A DNA stretch of 10,178 nucleotides from Candidatus Hermodarchaeota archaeon (lineage in GTDB: Archaea > Asgardarchaeota > Lokiarchaeia > Sigyniarchaeales > SOKP01), in the NCBI GenBank assembly GCA_048885535.1, contig JBHLLO010000087.1:1-10178 (forward strand), read 5' to 3'. Both the position numbers and the translations under genes were made by a program. Within the stretch, counting starts at the first letter, position 1, and each line of letters starts with the position of its first letter. The notes beneath the pieces are model-generated. The model made no database searches and was not told the DNA's origin. It saw only the letters and a program-made list of their open reading frames with translations. Below, piece by piece: positions 5,049 to 10,178 of this stretch.

Positions 5049-7943
5049 ATGACTGTATCGTTAGACCCATTTTATTCTATGGAGTTAAATCAAATATACT
5101 CCAAATTTCAAACTAATCCAACTAATGGATTATCGAATGAAGAAGCTCGAAGTAGATTAGAAAAATATGGCTTTAATGAAATCCCTAAAGTTTCAAAGGG
5201 CTTTATAAAAATATATTTGGCGCCATTATTTAATTGGTTAATAGTAATATACTTAATCGGAGCCCTAATCCTATTTTTAGCAGCAATTTTTGGTACTGAG
5301 GGTAATTTAATGTTTATAACAATAACTTTAGTAATAGTTGTTTTGAATTGTGCTGTTGCAATTATTCAACAATATCGAGCAACAAAAAAGTTAAAAGCTT
5401 TAAGAGAGATGACAGCGCCAACAACAACTGTTATTAGAAATGGAGAAAAAATTGATATTCCAACGAAAGAAGTAGTGGTGGGAGATCTCCTCGTATTAAC
5501 ACAAGGAGATAGGATTCCTGCAGATGGAAGAATAATAAGGTCTTCTAACTTGGAAGTGAATGAAGCTCCGTTAAGTGGAGAAAGTGAACCTGTAAAGAAA
5601 TTTCAAGAAGATAAGATATTACCAAAAGAAAATATTTCAATTGGAGAATGTTTAAACATGGTTTTTTATGGGACTTATATAACAACTGGTAATGGAACTG
5701 CCATCGCAGTAAAAATCGGAAAAGATACAGAAATAGGAAAAATCTCACAGGGCTTAGAGGAAGCTGGAACTAGTGATATTCCAATCAGAAAGAAGTTAAA
5801 TAATTTTGGAAAATGGTTGGGTTTAATCGTAATTGTTTCTTGGCTGATAATTTTATTAATTAAATGGATTAGTAGTAATTTTTTAGAATTACCAATTGTG
5901 GAAAGTCTTAACTCAGCATTAGATTTAATGCCAATAAACATTCCATTGCTAGTTACTATCGTTTTGATTACAGGAGTTCTAACGATGGCACATCATGGAG
6001 TGATAATAAGAAATCTTGCTTCTGTCGATAGTTTAGGTAGGGTGAGCGTTGTTTGTTCAGATAAAACCGGTACTTTAACAAAAAACCAACATTCAATACA
6101 ACACGTATGGACTAATGGCTCTAACTACAAAGTAACTGGAAGCGGATATAATCCAGATGGCGATATTATTTTAACTGATGATCCTAAAAACCCAGTTTAC
6201 ATAAAACATATTGAAGATCATCCTCAACTTAAATTATTATTAATATCAGGATTTTTAAATAATAATTCTGCCTTGGTTAAGAGTGAAATTGAAATCTCTG
6301 GGAAAATTATACCTAATTGGAATGTGATAGGCTCACCAACTGAAGGTGCTTTAATGGTACTCTTTCAAAAGGGTATGGGTGATTATATGCTCGATGATTT
6401 TGAGTATATCAAGGAATACCCATTTGATTCTAAATTGAAAAGGATGACAAAGATTTATAAGCGAGATAAAAAGTATTATTCCTTCACAAAGGGAGCGAGT
6501 GAAATTCTTATGCCACAATGTAAGAAAGTCTTATATAAAAATACAGAAGTTGAATTCACTGATGAGATCAAAGATAAAGTAAATAAAATTGCAGATCTAT
6601 ACGCACAACAAGGATATCGTATCCTAAGCATATGTTATAAGAAATTAGATGACTTGCCTTCTGAAGGAGACAAAAGCCGAGAATTATGTGAATCCGAAAT
6701 GATATATATAGGATTTGTAACAATTCTAGATCCTCCTAGGGAAGGCGTTAGAGAAAGCGTACTTCAATGTTATGAAGCGGGGGTTGATGTTGTAATGATA
6801 ACTGGGGACTCACCTGCTACTGCTAAAGCAATAGCAAAGCAAATAGCTATAATAAAGGAAGATGACGATTTAGTACTAGAGGGAAAGGATATCAAGGACA
6901 TTGATTCCTTCTATGACTTCAATCGGATTAAAGTTTTTGCACGAGTTTCTCCTGAGCACAAAGAGGATATAATAGAAAAATACCAAGATGCTAAGAAAGT
7001 AGTTGCTATGACCGGGGATGGTGTAAATGATGCTTTAGCCCTCAATATGGCAGATGCGGGTATAGCTATGGGAATACAGGGAACTGATGTTGCTAAGGAA
7101 GCAAGTGACATGGTTATTAGTGATGATTCCTTTAACTCTATTGTAAAAGGAATCGAACAAGGAAGAGGGATATTCTCTAGAATTCGTGCAGTGGTATTTT
7201 TCTATATTTGTATAAATGTATTTGAAGGAATTGTTCAATTTATTTTAGCCATAATTTTAGGATTACCCTACTTTTTAGGAACTAATCCCGTTTCTCCCTA
7301 TTTTTACTTCCAATGGATTTTCTTGTCAATAACTCTTCACGTATTTCCGGGCTTAATTTTGACTTTTGACAAAACTCCTAAAGATGTCATGAAACAAAAA
7401 CCACGTGATGGGGAAGAGATTCTTTCAAAGAATATACTTTTTCTTTTATTTATTTTTGGGGTATTATTGGCAGTGTGTATGATTATCACTTATTTTACGG
7501 TAATCACTGGATGTTATCCTGTATTTTTAGAAAACTATGAATTTGGTGCTTTTAACGATGCTTATCTCTATTCAGGAATGGTGACTCCGGGAGATGTCAC
7601 TCTTTCTCAAGCAAAATCTCTTACAATGCTTATGGTAACGCTATTCTTTTGTGAGTCATTTCTCGTGTATCAAATTAGAAGACCAAATAAATCGTTAATT
7701 AGAAGTATTAAAGAAGATAGTACTAAGTTTATGTACCTCTTAATTGGTTTATTATTTGGTCTTTTTATTGCTTTGATGTATATACCTGGAGTTCAAGTCA
7801 CGCTAGCATCTTGGGGAATAAATTTTATGTTTATGTACTTAACCGGATTAGATTGGTTAGTATGCTTTTTGATCTCATTGATTTGCATTGGTGGACTTGA
7901 ATTCTTTAAATATTTGTTTAGAAAGAGAAAAGTTTTCTTTTAA
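5049..7943 (+). CDS. P-type ATPase B, paralog of ATPase A, type II scaffold with the same non-canonical substrate site
   Basis: GLSNEEARSRLEKYGFNEI; VGD and IPAD; SGES (5574-5585); CSDKTGTLT (D338, nt 6060); PTEGAL; FDSKLKRM; KGASE; DPPR; MITGD; FARVSPEHK; GDGVND; about 10 TM helices. Confidence 0.95.
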   Translation: MTVSLDPFYSMELNQIYSKFQTNPTNGLSNEEARSRLEKYGFNEIPKVSKGFIKIYLAPLFNWLIVIYLIGALILFLAAIFGTEGNLMFITITLVIVVLNCAVAIIQQYRATKKLKALREMTAPTTTVIRNGEKIDIPTKEVVVGDLLVLTQGDRIPADGRIIRSSNLEVNEAPLSGESEPVKKFQEDKILPKENISIGECLNMVFYGTYITTGNGTAIAVKIGKDTEIGKISQGLEEAGTSDIPIRKKLNNFGKWLGLIVIVSWLIILLIKWISSNFLELPIVESLNSALDLMPINIPLLVTIVLITGVLTMAHHGVIIRNLASVDSLGRVSVVCSDKTGTLTKNQHSIQHVWTNGSNYKVTGSGYNPDGDIILTDDPKNPVYIKHIEDHPQLKLLLISGFLNNNSALVKSEIEISGKIIPNWNVIGSPTEGALMVLFQKGMGDYMLDDFEYIKEYPFDSKLKRMTKIYKRDKKYYSFTKGASEILMPQCKKVLYKNTEVEFTDEIKDKVNKIADLYAQQGYRILSICYKKLDDLPSEGDKSRELCESEMIYIGFVTILDPPREGVRESVLQCYEAGVDVVMITGDSPATAKAIAKQIAIIKEDDDLVLEGKDIKDIDSFYDFNRIKVFARVSPEHKEDIIEKYQDAKKVVAMTGDGVNDALALNMADAGIAMGIQGTDVAKEASDMVISDDSFNSIVKGIEQGRGIFSRIRAVVFFYICINVFEGIVQFILAIILGLPYFLGTNPVSPYFYFQWIFLSITLHVFPGLILTFDKTPKDVMKQKPRDGEEILSKNILFLLFIFGVLLAVCMIITYFTVITGCYPVFLENYEFGAFNDAYLYSGMVTPGDVTLSQAKSLTMLMVTLFFCESFLVYQIRRPNKSLIRSIKEDSTKFMYLLIGLLFGLFIALMYIPGVQVTLASWGINFMFMYLTGLDWLVCFLISLICIGGLEFFKYLFRKRKVFF

Positions 7944-7967
7944 ATTCTCTTAAAGCTTTGAAGAAGA

Positions 7968-7979
7968 TTTATTTTTTTT
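7968..7979 (+). terminator. Possible oligo-U terminator after ATPase B
   Basis: TTTATTTTTTTT, 24 nt downstream of the stop at 7943. Archaeal intrinsic terminators are U-tracts, but this could also be promoter sequence of the GNAT gene. Confidence 0.3.
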
Positions 7980-7996
7980 ATTAAATATTATCATCT

Positions 7997-8527
7997 ATGT
8001 TCGAAAGTGAGAGATTAAAATTAGCTCCTCTTAAGAGGGAATATATTGAAAGCTTCCTTAAATGGTTAAATGATCCTGAAATTACTCAATATTTAACCGG
8101 ATATCGCCCCCTCACTCAAGATATGGAGGAAGATTGGTTCGATAATCTCAAGAAGCGAGAAAATGCTATAATCTTCTCAATTTTATTAAAAGATAATCAA
8201 AAGTTAATAGGTAACTGTGGCATCGAAGATATACACTGGGTAAATAGATCTGCAACATGTGGTCTTTTTATTGGTGATAAGGAAAACCAAGGAAAAGGCT
8301 ATGGACCTGAAGCATTACGTTTATTACTAGATTATGGCTTTAGTACCTTGAATCTCAACCGGATAGATTTAAAGGTATATGAATTTAATACACGCGCTAT
8401 TAAATGCTATAAGAAAGTTGGATTTATTGAAGAAGGGAGGAAACGGCAAGCAACATTTAAAAATGGCAAATATTATGATGATATTGTTATGAGTATTTTA
8501 CATGAAGAATGGAAAGGAAAATCTTAA
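7997..8527 (+). CDS. GNAT family N-acetyltransferase, RimJ/RimL (Acetyltransf_3) type
   Basis: ERLKLAPL N-terminus, LIGNCGI strand, acetyl-CoA loop QGKGYG, LNLNRI.L.V...N.RAI..Y.K.GF..EG..R and GKYYD..VMSIL C-terminus. Substrate unknown. Confidence 0.93.
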   Translation: MFESERLKLAPLKREYIESFLKWLNDPEITQYLTGYRPLTQDMEEDWFDNLKKRENAIIFSILLKDNQKLIGNCGIEDIHWVNRSATCGLFIGDKENQGKGYGPEALRLLLDYGFSTLNLNRIDLKVYEFNTRAIKCYKKVGFIEEGRKRQATFKNGKYYDDIVMSILHEEWKGKS

Positions 8528-8580
8528 AAATGTATACAATGAATATTAATAAAATATTTTTGATAAATCCATCAAATTAA

Positions 8581-8585
8581 GAGGT
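8581..8585 (+). promoter_or_regulatory. Shine-Dalgarno-like element for the 8593 ORF
   Basis: GAGGT ending 7 nt before the TTG at 8593. Confidence 0.4.
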
Positions 8586-8592
8586 ATATAAA

Positions 8593-8967
8593 TTGAAATT
8601 AAATAAAATAACAGGAATTCTTTGTTTAATAAGTATTATTCCTATGATAATATCTTTCATATTTATACCGTGGTTAGAACTTGCTGTAGGTATTTTAGTT
8701 ATCATCATTGGAGTTGTTCATATATTATTAATGATTATTGCCGTTAATAGTTCTTTTAAGAAAAAAGTAGGACAGAGCCTTCGTATAGGTAGATTTACAG
8801 CTACAACTCAATGTATAGTTGGTGGGACTATTCCAATATTAATGTTATTAGGTGTACTCTTTTATTCTCCGGGTATAATAATCTATTTTCCAATCTTATT
8901 ACCCTTATATATCATAAGTGGAATTATTGATATTATTGCCGCAATAATTTATAAAAAATCAACTTAA
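8593..8967 (+). CDS. Hypothetical small membrane protein, about 4 TM helices
   Basis: 124-aa ORF filling the gap between genes on the same strand. Four hydrophobic segments, a basic loop (FKKK...R..R) and basic termini; SD-like GAGGT upstream and T-tract downstream. No family recognised. Confidence 0.75.
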   Translation: MKLNKITGILCLISIIPMIISFIFIPWLELAVGILVIIIGVVHILLMIIAVNSSFKKKVGQSLRIGRFTATTQCIVGGTIPILMLLGVLFYSPGIIIYFPILLPLYIISGIIDIIAAIIYKKST

Positions 8968-8990
8968 TTTGCCTTCAATCTAAAACCTAA

Positions 8991-9000
8991 TTTTTTTTTT
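8991..9000 (+). terminator. Oligo-U (T10) terminator candidate
   Basis: Ten consecutive T, 23 nt after the stop at 8967. Confidence 0.45.
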
Positions 9001-9072
9001 AGAATAAATTAATTTTTAATGTGCTAAATATTCAAATCACTATAAATAATTAAAATTAAAAGTGTATTTATT

Positions 9073-10178
9073 TTGAGTAGAACAACTGTTTCCATAGTAA
9101 AGTATGAAAAACCACTAGATTCAGTCAGTAAAGTTATAGAAATGATAGATGGATTTAAAGACATACCTATTGATGGAAAAATATTCATTAAACCTAACTT
9201 AGTATATTGGAATAGGCATTGTGATTTTCCAAAATGGGGGATGCTTACTACTTCAAGAGTAGTGGAAGATGTTGTGAAGTTGTTAAATGAATATGGTGTA
9301 AAAGATATAATAATTGGAGAAGGTATAATTACCGATGATCCCGACGATAGGGAAACACCTAAAGATGCTTTTGAAAAGCTGGGATATAATCTCCTTAAGC
9401 AAAGATATGGCGTTAAACTATATGATACTTTTGATCGTCCATTTGAAAAGATAGAACTCCGAGAAGGAGTCTCTGTTAAGATGAATTCTGATATGCTTCA
9501 TTCAGATTTCTTAATTGATATTCCCGTCCTAAAAACTCATGCTCAGTGTGTTGTAAGCTTGGGAATTAAGAATTTAAAAGGGCTGATCAATATAGCTTCA
9601 CGTAAAAAATTTCATGGTGCTGATCCTAAGTTTAACCTGCATTATAACGTAGCTCAGTTGGCAAATAAAATCCCTCCAAACCTTACTATTATTGATGGAA
9701 TTTATACACTTGAAAGAGGACCAACTTTTGATGGTAAAGCTCATCGAAGTAATGTTTTGCTAGCTTCAACTGATATCCTCTCAGCTGATATAGTTGGAGC
9801 AAAATTATTAGGCATTAACCCTCAAGATGTTCCTCATTTAGTTCAAGCAGCTAAAGATAGAAATCGAACCATAGATTTATCTGATATTGAAATAGAGGGG
9901 GAACCTATAGAAAAAATGGCAAAACATCACGATTGGGAATTTATTTATGAAAATAATGATACTTTGCCTCTTTCTTATGCGAGAGCGGGAATAGGTGGTA
10001 TTAGTTATCCAAAATATGACGAAACTATGTGTACATTTTGTAGTTTTTATAATGGAGTCATTTTAGTTGCGATTAAGGAAGCTTGGAAAGGAGAAGATTT
10101 CGATAATGTGGAAATTCTAACAGGAAAAATAGTACCACCTACGCCTGGAATGAATAAAACAATTTTACTTGGACAATG
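9073..10178 (+). CDS. DUF362 domain protein with Cys-containing C-terminal extension (3' truncated; absent from the ORF track)
   Basis: Manual translation from TTG 9073 (last in-frame stop at 9043-9045) is open to the window end (368 codons): MSRTTVSIVKYEKPLDSV...IFIKPNLV...IIIGEG...IPVLKTHAQCVVSLGIKNLKG...IIDGIYTLERGPTFDG...D..SAD..GAKLLG...MCTFCS...ILLGQ. IKPN, GEG, PxLKTH, KNLxG, IDG and GP..G are DUF362 motifs. Confidence 0.9.
   Translation, partial: MSRTTVSIVKYEKPLDSVSKVIEMIDGFKDIPIDGKIFIKPNLVYWNRHCDFPKWGMLTTSRVVEDVVKLLNEYGVKDIIIGEGIITDDPDDRETPKDAFEKLGYNLLKQRYGVKLYDTFDRPFEKIELREGVSVKMNSDMLHSDFLIDIPVLKTHAQCVVSLGIKNLKGLINIASRKKFHGADPKFNLHYNVAQLANKIPPNLTIIDGIYTLERGPTFDGKAHRSNVLLASTDILSADIVGAKLLGINPQDVPHLVQAAKDRNRTIDLSDIEIEGEPIEKMAKHHDWEFIYENNDTLPLSYARAGIGGISYPKYDETMCTFCSFYNGVILVAIKEAWKGEDFDNVEILTGKIVPPTPGMNKTILLGQ

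Noticed and set aside
5545-7238. Four short minus-strand ORFs (5545-5748, 5675-5941, 6911-7111, 7035-7238)
   Set aside because: All lie within ATPase B on the opposite strand and show no recognisable features.
1207-7943. Calling the pumps Ca2+-ATPases (PacL/SERCA), P3A H+-ATPases, MgtA or true P4 flippases
   Set aside because: Ca2+/Mg2+ pumps need the M4 Glu and M6 Asp; P3A needs the M6 Asp; P4 needs DGET and the M5 Lys. None of these sets is complete, so no gene symbol is assigned.
1207-7943. ATPases as decaying pseudogenes
   Set aside because: Both are full length with intact DKTGT, xGES, TGD and GDGxND, and they share the same substitutions.
1-10178. CRISPR array, tRNA/rRNA, transposase or integrase
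   Set aside because: No periodic repeats, GC-rich structured segments or recombinase motifs were seen; intergenic gaps are all 150 nt or shorter and AT-rich.

Overview
AT-rich (about 30% GC by eye) window with seven genes, all on the + strand. It is most likely archaeal because it encodes a TFB/TFIIB-like protein; an Asgard/Lokiarchaeia-like origin is plausible but unproven. Gene order: divergent TFB paralog (150-1115), P-type ATPase A (1207-4053), VMP1-like DedA/VTT membrane protein (4078-4899), P-type ATPase B (5049-7943), RimJ/RimL-type GNAT acetyltransferase (7997-8527), small 4-TM protein (8593-8967), and a DUF362 protein missed by the ORF track (9073 to the window end, truncated). The main observation is that both ATPases have a SERCA/P2A-like scaffold with intact catalytic motifs but share a rewired transport site. 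The M4 PEGLP motif is PIN(L/I)P, with Ile at the SERCA E309 position as in P4 lipid flippases and P3A proton pumps, and the M6 D800 position is His. The two pumps flank a VMP1-like scramblase-family gene. This suggests a P-type ATPase subgroup I cannot assign to a known class and possibly an archaeal lipid-transport module. That function is inference, not demonstrated.
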